DNA of 60,761 nt, counting the filler, from Sphacelaria rigidula (Eukaryota), in the NCBI GenBank assembly GCA_964200075.2. It is 8 parts of 8 records of this genome, joined end to end, with 100 filler letters (N's around TTAATTAATTAA, not from the genome) between each part and the next. Parts side by side here need not be neighbours in the genome. Positions count along the whole stretch, not along the records: positions 22,826 to 30,333 come from CAXNAA020014586.1; positions 30,434 to 37,940 come from CAXNAA020014587.1; 6 more parts are not named here. One strand, 5' to 3'. Below, piece by piece: positions 22,826-35,290 of the stretch. Numbering within the stretch: the first letter of the stretch is position 1; each line of letters opens with the position of its first letter. Below the pieces are notes generated by a model. That model saw only the letters and a program-made list of their open reading frames with translations, made no database searches and had not been told where the DNA came from. Both the position numbers and the translations under genes were made by a program.

Positions 22826-25533
22826 TGAAACGAATCCTCTGGAGGGCATCTGATGCTTCAGTGACTTCTGAGGTCAGAATTCCTCCAGAGTACGAAAAAT
22901 ATGGTACTCTGGAGCACGTGGTTTTCGTGAATGTCCCTTAGAGGGAAATATGAACGGCAGAGGGAAATATGAGCATCACTCCTCTAGAGGAGGGACCGAC
23001 TATGGCCTGTAAGGCATTTGTTGCGACCCTGGAACACATGGCCGTACAGTATCCTCCAGCGTGTACATTTACACTTGTGCACTTGTGTCCTAACTGCTTC
23101 CAGGGGACCTTTGGGACCATCACGCCAGAGAAAATATATGTATCACCCGCCGTTCACAGATTGAATTGCAAACCCGACAACACTTATTCCCAGCAATAAT
23201 ACCACCACAATAACCCTGGAGCAAAGAGCACGAGTTGGGCACAGAGATATATGTACACACTACAGTAGTTGAGCATGATGTATGTCTTGTTGGTGGAAGT
23301 TTGAACTTGAGCAGCGGGGTATGGTGCGGGCGACAACCGGCGGTTTACTGCATACACACACCATGGACAGTGCAGGCAGATAAAGCTGCGCACACTGTTC
23401 AAGTCCTTTTCACGTCGCACTGTGAGCAGAAAACATACATATAGTCCTGCGCTGTCTGTACTGTACTTGGTCCGCTTCTCTTTCACGTCCTACTGACTGC
23501 AGCGGTGAGCACGCTGCAAGAACGGGCATCGTGATGTATACTCAGTAGCTGACGGTATATAACACCCCTATGCACCAAAGTTACAGGCATTCACTTTGTT
23601 TAGCCATACGTGGCGCATATGCCGCGCTAACTCTGCAGTATACTGCACAGCACGTATATAAGCACGATATAGTACTGTCCTACACGGTATTGTACGGTTC
23701 AGTACAGCATCAAATCATGCTTGTTGTTGTGATGGTCATATCGCCATCAACGCGTACAGGATAAACCGCGATCATAATTTTTCGCGTGTTCACTCGAAAA
23801 AATGCTTCACTTTGATGTTCGAATGGTGAACACGGGACTACGGGGTTTTCAAGTTTGCATATTTATATCTATGAGGTTCATACAGTATAGTCATCACACC
23901 TACAAACTAAAGCTACATAGTATAGCATGGCTGTGTGTACATACATTCAGGTTGTCTGTGTCAACATTGAAATCACCTGGATTTTTTTAAGGAACAAGTG
24001 CTATGAGAATCTGGAATTCGTACAGCCTCTGCTGTTCGAAATAAATCCTAATTCCAAATTCAAAATCGGGCGAAAGGGATATTTATTTCGAACAGCGGAG
24101 GCTTTACGAATCCCATATACACTCGCAAATGGAATTCGTACACCAAAAGCTGGTCGAAATGAACCCTCATTTTGCCCGCCAATACCTGAAATAGGGCAAA
24201 AAAGGGACTTATTTGCGAGCAGCTTTTGCCGTTCAAGTCCCACATACTGCACCGTATCAGTGGATGAGATCCGAGAGGCAGCAGAAAGTGTAGAAAACTC
24301 ATTATTATCCTCTTGCCCCCCAATTCATCGATCAATTGAGCAAAGAGATCGAAGTCTTCAACCACCTCGGCTGATTACAAATCTCATACACTGATGGTGA
24401 GTGTATGTACACACGGCCATGCTATGTAGCATTAGCTTGTGGTTATGCCGTAGAATATGTGTGAACCTCACATATGAGCACATTCAGGGTTAAAAAAACC
24501 CGTAGTCCCGTATTGACCATTTCAACCTCGTTTCAACAAAAATACTAAAGCTTTTTTTTCGATTGAACACGCAAAAAACTTTGATCGTCATTTTACACTG
24601 CGTACTTTGATGGCGATATGACGACCACAACAATAAGCACGATTTGGTGCTGTACTGAACTGTACAATGCCGTGCAGGACAGTGCCATATCGTGCTGATA
24701 CACGTGCAGTGCAATATACTGCAGACTTAGCGCGGCATATGCGCTACGTGTGGCTGTAGTATACGAAGTGGATGCCTGTAACTTTGGGTACATGAGGGTG
24801 TTAAATACTGTCAGCTACAGTATGCATCACGACGCCAACTTCCGTCAGTAGAACCTAAAAGACAAGCGGGTAAAGTACAGTATAGGCAGCGTAGGACTGT
24901 ATTTATGTTTTCTGCTTACAGTGCGACGTGAAAAGGACTCGAACAGTGCGCGCAGCTTTATCTGCCTGCACTGTTCATGAGTGTATATGCGATGAGTCGC
25001 CGGTTATTGAACGCACCTTACCCCGCATGACTCCGCTACCGCGCGACTCCGCGATCATGGAAGAAGATGCTCAACTTTAACCTTCCACCAACAAGACATA
25101 CATGATACCCAACTACGGCAGTGTGTATCTATATCTCTGTGCCCAACTCGTGCTGTTTGCTGCAGGGTTGTGGTAGCTGGGAAGAAGTGTTGTCGGGTTC
25201 GCATGGTTCAATCTGTGAACGGTGGGTGATACATACATATCTGGCGTGATGTTCCATACCACAAAATTGCTGGTGTACCAAAGGTGCCATGGAAGCAGTT
25301 AGGACACAAGTGCACGGATACGTCCTCCGGAGTCGCAACAAATGCCTTAGAGACCATAGTCGGCCCCTCCTTCAGACGAGTGATGCTCATATTTCCCTCT
25401 GCTGTTCATATTTCCCTCTAAGGGGCGTTCACGAAAACCACGTGCTCCAGAGCACCATATTTTTGGCACTCTGAAAGGATTCAGACCTCAGAAGTGACTG
25501 GAGCATCAGATGCCCTCCAGAGGATTCGTTTCA
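22826..25533. mobile_element. Large foldback element: arms about 1.1 kb (22826-~23950 and ~24400-25533) around a spacer of about 450 bp
   Basis: TGAAACGAATCCTCTGGAGGGCATCTGATGC at the contig start is the reverse complement of 25503-25533. Similarity continues inward to 23925-23948 versus 24400-24426. Mirror-image ORFs appear in the track (22969+ / 25208-, 23570+ / 24593-). Confidence 0.9.
24013..24113. repeat. Hairpin inside the foldback spacer
   Basis: GGAATTCGTACAGCCTCTGCTGTTCGAAATAAAT pairs with ATTTATTTCGAACAGCGGAGGCTTTACGAATCC. Confidence 0.85.
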
Positions 25534-25663
25534 TGACCGGAACCGAGTATGTAATACCCTGTAGAGGGCATTGTTATCCTCCGGGCAGTAACTTTACCGC
25601 CGAGAGGATGAAAATCGCGATAGAGGATTTGAAGGGGGTAGTCGAATGGCCGCGTGTGGCTTA

Positions 25664-26129
25664 CTTCCGACGGGAGTTCGCAACGGGTATGAAAGCTATG
25701 CAGTTGATGTTTCTCAACTTAATCCACCCAATTCAAACAACTTCCAAGACCTGAGGGAAGGTGGCCGCCTCGGGTTCGGCCACACACGCAAGCATACCGT
25801 CGGACAGCAATACCAAACGTTTCTGGGATTGGCGTCAGCCAATCCGCGGAGAACGGAACAGAATCGACAAGTTACCGTTCGCATTAGCAAACGATGCGCA
25901 TGAAACGCTTTGCAGGTTGGAAAACACGCATTTTCATGGGAAAGAAACTCTACGTACCCCCATTAGTGTTGTATGCGGTTGTAAAACCTCTACTGTCCTT
26001 CATCAATACCTGGCGGGGGGACAGGGAAGCCGTCCTCCCTCAGGTCTTGAGAGTCGTTTGATTTGGGTGGATTAAGTAGAGAAAATCAACTGCATAACTT
26101 TCATACCCGTTACGAAGTCCAGTCGGGAG
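25664..26129. mobile_element. MITE (466 bp) with TIRs of about 100 bp and TA flanks (Tc1/mariner, Stowaway-like ends)
   Basis: TA|CTTCCGACGGGAGTTCGCAACGGGTATGAAAG... versus ...CTTTCATACCCGTTACGAAGTCCAGTCGGGAG|TA. Confidence 0.8.
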
Positions 26130-26199
26130 TAAGGACGGTAGCAACGAAAGCTAGCTATGTGTTTGCCTGCCGTACTACCGACAGCGTTGCGTGAAAGCC

Positions 26200-27040
26200 A
26201 CAAGACTTTTGCTGTCCGCGGTTGATGGCGTGGGTCTCAAATGCAACGACAAGTGGTTGATCGTAGAGCACTCTCGTCCCAGCTTGTAATGTGTGAGCTC
26301 GTCACATCGGAATTATTCTGGAAAGCTACTCGTAGTATACCGAGGTGCTCACGCGACCAGCGTGTGCTCCAGATTGCGGCATGGACGGACTCCTATGCGC
26401 CACACTAGCAATAGTTAGGTCACAACCATTCGTATTTTTTTTCATTCCGCATGCCAAGAAGGTCTCTACAAGTGTTTGATTTCTCATACACCCCCCTGAA
26501 CTGGCGTGTGGCACGCTGTTCTCGTCGGGCACCCAGAGGGTAAGATGTGCGTAAAATTAATCATGAATAACACCCCCCGCCCCCTAAGTTCAAATTGAAT
26601 CTATTTGTTATGGCCACACCACCGCCCTTGCTGGCTTGTGTGTGACAGAGAGCAGTAGTAGCGATGACGAGAACATTGCCCTGTTTTTCAACGACATATT
26701 TTTCAGCGCACAGGGGCGTGTCCTGTCCTAAAGGAGAGGCAGAGAGAAATCGGTCTTCGCATTGGTGAGCTCGACAGGCAATTGTAGGACGAGAGAAATC
26801 TCTCCGCAGCCCGATGTTTCGGCACATGGAAAATTGGCCACATGCTGGTAACATCGATGATGCCAGTGTCTCGAGAGTTCGGTAACCGCCGAGCGAGGAC
26901 ACACAAAGGACAGGGGCGAGGAGCCTTCTCTCTGTCGTTGCTTCTCTCTCTGGTGATATTGTCATCGACACGCGTGTAAACCGCATTCGTTAGGTGCACC
27001 TAGCCACAGCTGCTTATTATTAACTGCTGCGGACATTTGG
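26200..27040. repeat. Dispersed repeat shared in reverse orientation with 30434-31170
   Basis: 26967-27040 matches the reverse complement of 30434-30506, 26400-26530 matches 30835-30980, and 26215-26275 matches 31113-31172. Confidence 0.8.
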
Positions 27041-27060
27041 GGGGGGAAATGGCTTCGCTA

Positions 27061-28177
27061 CGAGCTGGTTCAGATTTAACGGCCAAAATTCATTCCCCGG
27101 GATTCCCTCGCGCTGTTTTTTCGAGTTAGACCACGAAATGTTGCACACATGTTCTTGAGGGCACTATCTGAAACTCGAAGATCGTTTCTTTGTTTTTGTT
27201 GTTGTCGAGATAGTAGGGATCTAACCCCTCCCCCGGTCAAGTAGGTCAACCGCGACCTTGGATAACAAGCCACCAACAAAACAAAATAAATAACCCGGTA
27301 TTCGGGGTTTAGATAGTGCCCTCCAGGACATGTGTGCAAATGTTCGCGGTCTACTTCGAAAAAACGGCGTGAGGAAATGCCAAAACATGCGCCGAAGTAT
27401 AATAAAGTATGTAATTACTTGATTCAAGTACAGAATCGCCCTTGTTGGGAGTTGTTTTACGGTAAAAGACCCAGCCGATTCAGGTTTTCGAGTTGAGCAA
27501 CTAAAATTGATACACATGTTCCTTGGGATATCACCTAACCCTAAGAAGTCAAAAGTTTAGAGTTGGGGCATTCTGTACCAGCTTCCTGGGGTCTTTATGC
27601 TGGGACCCTAAGAAGCCGTCAAAGAACGGAGAAAGTTTGAAATCTTGCCGCGAATACACTTTTTCCATTCGGAGCATCAATACCTACGGAACTGCCAAAT
27701 TTGAGGATGATCTGAGCTTTCTTCCAACAGATAGAAGTGAAATCATCTCGAAGCTCGGTGGGTCTTTCGTACGTATCATGAGTGCAAATTAGACAACGCC
27801 AAAGCTCCACATCACCGAAACTTTACGGTTTTGGGCAAAATTGGACCTCGTTGGAACCCTTTTCAAATCTGTTTCTCCCGTTAGATTCCCAGGCTGATGA
27901 CGGTTACTACGACGATTTGAACCATGTGGAGATTCGGTGGAAATTGGGCTTGGAATTCGTGTTTTCAATTTCGGAACAGTTTGAAAGGCGCTGATTGGTC
28001 GATACATATTTTTGTCCATAGCGCCGTCGCTATAGCCTTGAAAAAAAATCCGGGTATGTCATCCTTTTCGTGTGTTTATTGCGGTCAGTATGATACCACA
28101 TTTGTGCATATTGACTGGGTATTGCGTTCGTGATTAGCCGGGGAATCAATTTTGGGTATTCAATCAGACCCAGTTTG
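27061..28177. mobile_element. Non-autonomous Tc1/mariner-type DNA transposon (family B, 1117 bp)
   Basis: TA|CGAGCTGGTTCAGATTTAACGG ... GGGTATTCAATCAGACCCAGTTTG|TA. Reverse-complement paralog of 7940-9051. An empty-site paralog lies at 30510-30606. Confidence 0.9.
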
Positions 28178-31100
28178 TAGGTCGTGAGTGTTTCCCGTCA
28201 TCCCTGCAAAAATGAAATGCCACTTTAACCTCATTTTTGAGGTGGACCCCATTTTCCAGGATCCACTGTTTTTTCAAGATCGAAATGCAGAAGATGACGG
28301 GATCAGCAAAGCAAAAATGTTAAAAAGCAAAAAAGAAGTTACGGGCATTTTTTTGAAGCTTAAGCAAAAATAAGATAATGCCAGAAGTCCAGGGAACGAA
28401 GGAGAATCTGCAGCTGCACGTGTGAAGCATCAGTCCCGTGGGTGTAGAAGGTCTTTCTGAAATTTCAACTCAAGACTCGCCGAATCGGGCCGTGCGTTCA
28501 ACATTTTCCGTGACGCTGCTGCACCCCTATGAATCAAGTGACGGGAGACTTCAATTATGGAGGTCATGAGTTCGAATCCCGACAAATTCTCTGTTTTTCA
28601 GTGACACATTATGTATGTGGTACATGTTTTTTTCATTTTTTCCTTCATTCAGCGGCCGTGCCGTGTGTCACCAGGTTGGTGTACACTTCACAGTGATATG
28701 CTTACATCGGGTTCATTCGGGAAACTGGGGAAGCTATGGTGTGAGCAACTTTTAGCAGCTTCCAGGCTAGCTCAGCTCGTACATCATATATGGTTATATC
28801 CTTTGGTCTTCGTATGATCTCAAGACGTGATAGATCAACAGGGTGTGTAACTTGTATATCGCATGAATTAAATAACATTTTCCTCCATTTTCAGAACAGA
28901 AAATGACTGTTCAAACACGAATTGCACGAACAACACCAGTTCAAGCTACTGTATACTGGACTTCACCGGAGCTGCAGGAGAAAGATTAAAATGCTGTAGG
29001 AAAGGGAGGTGTGGAAAACTAGTTTCATCCTAGTGTGAGAGCGGGAGAGTCTCACCCTATCCAGATAGGACCAGCCACAAGGTGAGATTGAAGATTCTCG
29101 GGTAGCCTCGACGTTGGCAGCAAACGCCCTTGAATGATGCCTTCATGATTCCCAATCTAGATCGTCTGAAAACCTGGGGCTGCCAGGCCGCCATATGGTG
29201 GATGGTCCTAAAAATCTCAATGTCCTGCGAAAAACGAGATCACGTAGGGGTTTGGGATCCGGCTTCTCACGAAAGTGAAGGTTGGAAACTCCGAAAGTTC
29301 TTTAACTGGATGGGGGGTGTTATACCCTGTTATTTTGTATCACGGAGGTTGTTGTTGCACTTCAAGCGTTGGGGGGCGTAGGCGAATGTCGTTGAGCTTT
29401 ACACGAGCAAGTGGCTGTTCTCGGAGGACACGTCGTGATCATGGGCTACACGACTGCGTTCGAAATTTGCCTGCTCTCTACTCACTTCATGCTGTGCTAC
29501 GCACCAGTGTTGAATGACCCACAAAATTGCCAACGCTGAATGACCAGTGTATTGCTCCACTGATCAAGACTTGTTCGCTCTTGTTTTCCATAATCTGGAG
29601 GTGTGTTTGAAGGTCAGGCGTGAAGATAATCCGCACCTCGCTTGTGATGACGCTGAAACTTGGAGGGTGTGTTGATTGGTATAACAGCAAGATGTCACAG
29701 TCGCAGCTGTACCCGCAGAAGGCGCTGAGGGCCCGGTCGTCATTGAAACGGTGGATACCAGCGGTGATGACTCGGTGATGCAGTCTTACGCCAAAAAAAA
29801 GGAACAAATTCGGAACAGAATCCGACATATTTTTGCCCCAATACGCACGCACACATCACGCAACCCCAGATTCAGCAAGATGAGGTTGTTGTCTGTAGTC
29901 TACATGACATGTGGTCGAAGTTTCAGCACGTGAAGCACTAACAGCGCTTGCACGCCCGTGTCTCCTGGAGTGAGCACCTCTACAGGCGATACCAAGATAG
30001 GTACCGCGTAATGACATCATCCAGAGGTGCGCAATACGGATCGATGTGTTCGTTTGCCGGGGCAGGAGCCACCCAGCAGGAAGTGAGCGCATCTGCATGT
30101 CAAAATATGCATCCACAGACGTCTCACGCAGTCTGGGCCGAGCGGACTGCGCTTTGAGGGCGTATCGATGGCATTGCCCAAAATCCGTGTTTTGCTTCGT
30201 ATTACTAGCGCACCTCGTAAAACGTGCCGCCGCTCCGGGACTATGCTGTCTGTGTTGTGGTTTACCTCTGTGCCAAGGTTCAGGCTGGTTCAAACAGACA
30301 CGGCGGAGAAATCCACAAGCAAAATAACCCTTGNNNNNNNNNNNNNNNNNNNNNNNNNNNNNNNNNNNNNNNNNNNNTTAATTAATTAANNNNNNNNNNN
30401 NNNNNNNNNNNNNNNNNNNNNNNNNNNNNNNNNCCCACCAAATGTCCGCAGCAGTTAAGCAGCTGTGGCTAGGTGCACCTAACGAATGCGGTGTACACGC
30501 GTGTCAAAGATGGCTTCGCTCGGTCACAAGTGTTTCGCGTCATCCCTGCGAAAACGAAATGCCACTTCAACCTCATTTTTGGGATGGATCCAATTTTTCA
30601 GGATCCGCTGTTGATTCCTCTCTGCCTCTCTTGTTGGGCAGGACGCTTCTCTGTGCGCTGCAGAAGGCGTCATCGAAAAGCAGAGCGATGTTCCCGTCAC
30701 CGCTACTGTTCTCTTCCACACACAAGGCAGCAAGGACGGTTGCGGCAGTAAGAGATCCAATCGCAACTTGGGAGTCTTATCATCATCGTTCATCTTACCC
30801 GACATCTGCACCTATGCGTACACTACAAGGACAAGAGCGTGCCACGCCCCACTTGGGGGGGGGGGGTGTATGAGATATCAAACACTTGTGGAGATTTTCT
30901 TAGCATGCGGAGTGACAAACGATATCTCTGGCGGTGACCTAACTGCTGCTGACGTGACCTATAGGGGGACCGCCATCATGTAATCTGAGCTCTTCTGATG
31001 CAGAACCAGCTGGGTGCTCAGTAGGCCGTGTGGGTGTGGGTATCGTTCGGAAGTTTCCGTGTGAGGAGGCCCTCCCAAGCTGGGGCGAGAAGCATGATTT

Positions 31101-31852
31101 CACGAGGAACAAGGGTGCTCTATGATCAACCACTTGCCGTTGGATTTGCGACCCACACCATCAACCGCCGACCGCACAGGTTTTGCCTCAGAGTAGCTTT
31201 CAACAGCGTTGTACATCAGACAAGCCCGACCATAGCTAACTTCCGTTGCTCCACTGAGTGTACAATCACCGTAGAATAGAAGTTGGGAATGGTAGTACAC
31301 TTGAACAGTTCCGTTTTTGTTTACATTCTCCATCAAATCAAACGGCTTTCAAAAGAGTTTCGCGGACTTGTGGGAGTCTTACGGGGTATTTAACGCAGAG
31401 ATTATGGCTACCAATGTCTCGGTGCAGCGTGTTCCCAGAGGACAGGCGGGGGAGGCAAAGAAATTGCACTTTTTCTCACGATATGCGTGTCCAGGCGCGG
31501 CGGCGATAGACGTGTCAGCATAAGATGTGGCCTTCATACCGGGATCGAGCGACAAGGGTCTTGATTTTCGTTTGCCGACAATATGCATGGTTGGAGTGGT
31601 GCTGCAGCGAATGGAATGAATGAGCGTCAGGTGGGGGAAGTGGAAATTGTCCCAGCGGTGAAAGGGACGTGGTATCCCAGTCCAGTATCGACACGGAGAA
31701 CCCTCGCGAAAAAAGACTAGAAGCGAGGGCAGGGGATACGCACGCCTTCTTCTCGGAGCACCATGTCATGGGTGTGCGCCAGTTTGTGTTTGAACAGTTG
31801 GACGTGGGAGCGGTGGAACTTGATTCCAGGGTGGCGTAGGGCTTTAGCACTA

Positions 31853-34800
31853 CGCATAGCGCAGGTCATTATTTTCCCTATTGATGACATTTTCTAAAGC
31901 TATCGCCGTTCGGAGGTGGTGCTCTGTTGATGTGAACCCCAGCTTGCGCAATCCCCGAGCTTGACAATCATTACGTGGGAAATTGCTGGGCAGTCCGTCC
32001 CGCCAGAGGAATGCAGCCGCAAAGGAGTTGGGGCAGTGGACTGTTGCCAGTAGTACCTGAATCTTGCAACTGGATAACACCGTCGAAGAGGTTGTCCTGG
32101 AGTTCGTGATGTTGTTGATTTTCGCCTGCGAAAAGTTCAGTGTTAAAGTATCCCCCTCTAGCTGGAGGTGTGTCCGGCCGGCAGGTCGGTGCAGGTCCGA
32201 CTGCAGGTTCGATTTTAATGCCATATCACGTGAGCGGAATTTTTCTCAAAGTGGGGATCGAAGAATCCGGTACGTAGGGCTGTCGGAGCCGCAGCCAATG
32301 AGCGCTCCTCCCCAAGCTTTCTCGTCCAATATATTGTGGTGGCGCTCCTGGTGTACAAATGCACGGGAGCCGATGATGCGCAGAAACGAGAGTTATGCAT
32401 GTCTACCCAACATGCGCTGATACGGGGTGTCGTTGCTGATGACCTTGTGCGGAAGTATATGAAATCAGAAAGACTGCAGTAGCAGCCCTTTTCCCCCCAA
32501 AGGCTTTTGGGTAGTTTGGCTTTATTCGGAAGGCAGCGAGCGACGTTCAGAATGGTTCGACCGTCGCGCTCGGACATACCATTTTGCTGGAGGGTGTAAG
32601 GTGAAGTGAATTTTTGAGGAATACCTGTGGTCTCACAGCATCGTCGGAAGTCGTCGGAGATATGTTCACCGCCGCGGTCTGACCGCAGGCGATGAACTCG
32701 AAGCCCTGAGGGGATTGCCAAGTCTTCAACAAAGTACAAAGAGTAGAGAGTATCTCGTCCTTAGCTCTAACGAAATACACAACTCTATGTCGGCTGAAGT
32801 AAACGGTAAATTTCGTCATGTACCGATAACCACCTAGAGCAGCGGGTGTGATCGGGCCTGTGAGGTCCGTGCTGACCAGCTGTAGACGCTCGGTGATGTA
32901 GGTGGAGTCGGCGGTCTTCGGATGATGACGCTGTGTGCTTTTTTGGCCATGCAGGAGTCGCAGGTAGAGAATGAACCATCGAAATACACGCCCGAATCAG
33001 AGATGTTTTTGACACCCTGAATAACAGTTTGAGCGGGATGTCCGAGGCGCTTGTGCCAAACGTCAGCATGAGCTGTCGCCGAAACAACCATGGAACCATC
33101 AGTGGTAGCGCCATGGACAATCTCCGCTGCGAAAGCTGTACCGATACCCATGAGGTCGCCAGAAGCGACAGTAGTTGTTGGTGCGGAGTTCTTACTGAGG
33201 AGTTGTGAACCTCGAACAATTTTCAAGTCAATGTAGTGTAATGTGCCGTGCCCGTGAATGTTGATTGGTATTTTAAAATTATCAATAGCTACATGGAAGT
33301 CGGAGCAAAAAACTGCAGCCCTTGGACAAAGCATCCACAGGTGAAAATAAGTGTTTGCCGAGGCCCGGTACGATCACGGCCGGAAGGCGAACAGAGCGTT
33401 GATGGCCTTAAGAATCCGTAACAATGGAGTTGATGGCGCTTTTGCCAATGCCGTGGAAAACGTGGCGCCCAGCTGTCAAGATGGTCATGGGCGGTTCGAG
33501 TCTCACGTACTTATGCATGTCATGTTCAATACCAACAATTGATCGTCCAAGAAATGCGATGTTGCCCTGCGATCAACTGCTAGCCTGAGGGGAACGGTAG
33601 TAGCGCCGTTGCCGGTATCGGAGGAACCAGCAAGAAAGCTCACCCCTATGCCAGTTAGTGGTGAAGACGTGTCCGGCGTAGTTTGGGCGGAAGGTGTGCT
33701 TGATTGCGGGGCGGTGCTGGACGAAGGTACAGTCGCCGTATTTTGATCGGCGGTTGCCGTGTGGGCATGGTGAGAGTGTTCATTGTTGCTGTTGTTGTCC
33801 CGAGTACCGGGGTTGCCTTTGTCGTCGTTGCGGGAACCGCGGTCGTAGTTGCGTTGGCTCAGTAATTGATACGATGACGGTTGTTGTTGCGGTTGTTGTT
33901 GCTGTTGTGGTTGCTGTTGCCTGTGACCCCGCTGGTGTTTCCGTTCCCTAGTTGACCTCTGCACTCAGAGTCGTCGTGCTTGTCTGTATGATGAAAAATA
34001 CACAATTTCAAAGGCTTTGCAGAGGGGTGGGTGCACAAATATTTTCTGAGGTATGAATCGTTAGGGGCCCTTGATCTCATTCAAAACATAACTTGTGAAA
34101 TATGTGAGAGTACGCTAGGATTACTGGTCCAACGTGCTAGGGGTGTCCCAAATGAATTCGCAAACGGGGGTGCCCTGACCTATGTTTTTGTGCATCTAGA
34201 ATCTTTAGGAGCCCCTAAACCAGACATTATTTCGCGCAAAAAGTGCACCCCTACCGTAGCATTGCTCCGCACCATTATGAGGCTGTGGACGGGTACGACA
34301 GCCACGTGCAGAGTGGCCTACTTTAAAACATTAAAAGCACTTCCTGCGATAATCGGGGGATCGGACAGATCAATCTAGCGGCGAGGCCGCCAGCATCGCC
34401 GAGTCACGGTCATGTGATTTTCTGGCCGTACTCCTACGTGCGACGCGATTGGCGTACATGTTTCGCATCGTATTTTCAATGTCCGAAATACTCAAATCAA
34501 GGTCCCTTTCGGCGTTGTACTTAATGAGATCATACTCATCCGATATTCCCTCGATTATGATATCCGTCAGCCGTTCCTCAGAGACGACTTCTCCCACGCA
34601 ACGCAATTCGTCCCGTAATTGAAAAACTGTTGAGAAGAAGACGTCTGGGTCTTGATCGGGAGCCATGGTAATGCCGTCGAGCTGCAGCATAAGAGTACGG
34701 CGCCTTTGTTTGGAAGAGTTTTGGTACTTGGACACCAAGCCATCCCAAGCGCGTTTGCCATCGGGCGTTCCGATACCCTTTGGCGCAAATCGTAACATGA

Positions 34801-35290
34801 AACTCGCTGCTGGACCAGTTGTAGTCAAAAACATGACACTGAACAACTGCTCATTTTAACGATCTCAAGGTTTTATCCCACGCGCATTCAAACAAGGGCT
34901 CACTGGTGTACCAGTCACTACGCTCCCAGCACGGTTTGACACCTGGTCGCAACTGCTCCCGCCGCAGCTGCCGCCTCACTCGTTTCCGCTACCCCCTCCA
35001 GTGATGAGCACGTGAGACTGGACTGCTGCTGGCGGCGTCTGGAGCCGCTTCCGATGGGGCCCGATCTGCTGGCTGTCGGTGACGAATCTTCGTCTGAAGA
35101 GCTGTCCTCGAGAAACAACGGTGTGGGGCCTCCTGCCCGGTTGATGATGTCTGCGATCCCTGGATGAGTCAGAGAAAAAAAGGCGCGCGTATAGCGCTTC
35201 TACTCTAGGAATCTCGTTCCGTCGAACGTAGTGATGCTCCTGATGAGCTGAGTAACAGACGGCTCTCCCGCAGCCTTCATCTGTTCCTCT
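31853..35290 (-). mobile_element. Degenerate Ty1/copia LTR retrotransposon (gag, protease, integrase; RT/RNase H not seen)
   Basis: Gag N-term FDGTRFLE*K (~35200); gag/UBN2-like DGKRAWDGLVSKY...DPDVFF (34370-34846); zinc knuckle CF*CFKVGHSARGC (~34300-34340); protease-like VDRRATSHF (~33560); pre-integrase VWHKRLGHP...CDSC (~32950-33060); integrase RLRSDRGGE...PYTLQQNGMSER...LPKSLWGE (32500-32700). Domain order is copia-type. Many stops and frameshifts. Confidence 0.93.
34010..34266 (-). mobile_element. MITE family A copy inserted in copia gag
   Basis: CCCCTACCGTAGCATTGCT at 34248-34266; body matches 1091-1228 and 50340-50540. The other end is decayed. Confidence 0.8.

Noticed and set aside
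29030..29800. Decayed coding-like region on the plus strand
   Set aside because: Several stops and frameshifts and no family I can recognise; possibly a transposon relic but not supportable by eye.
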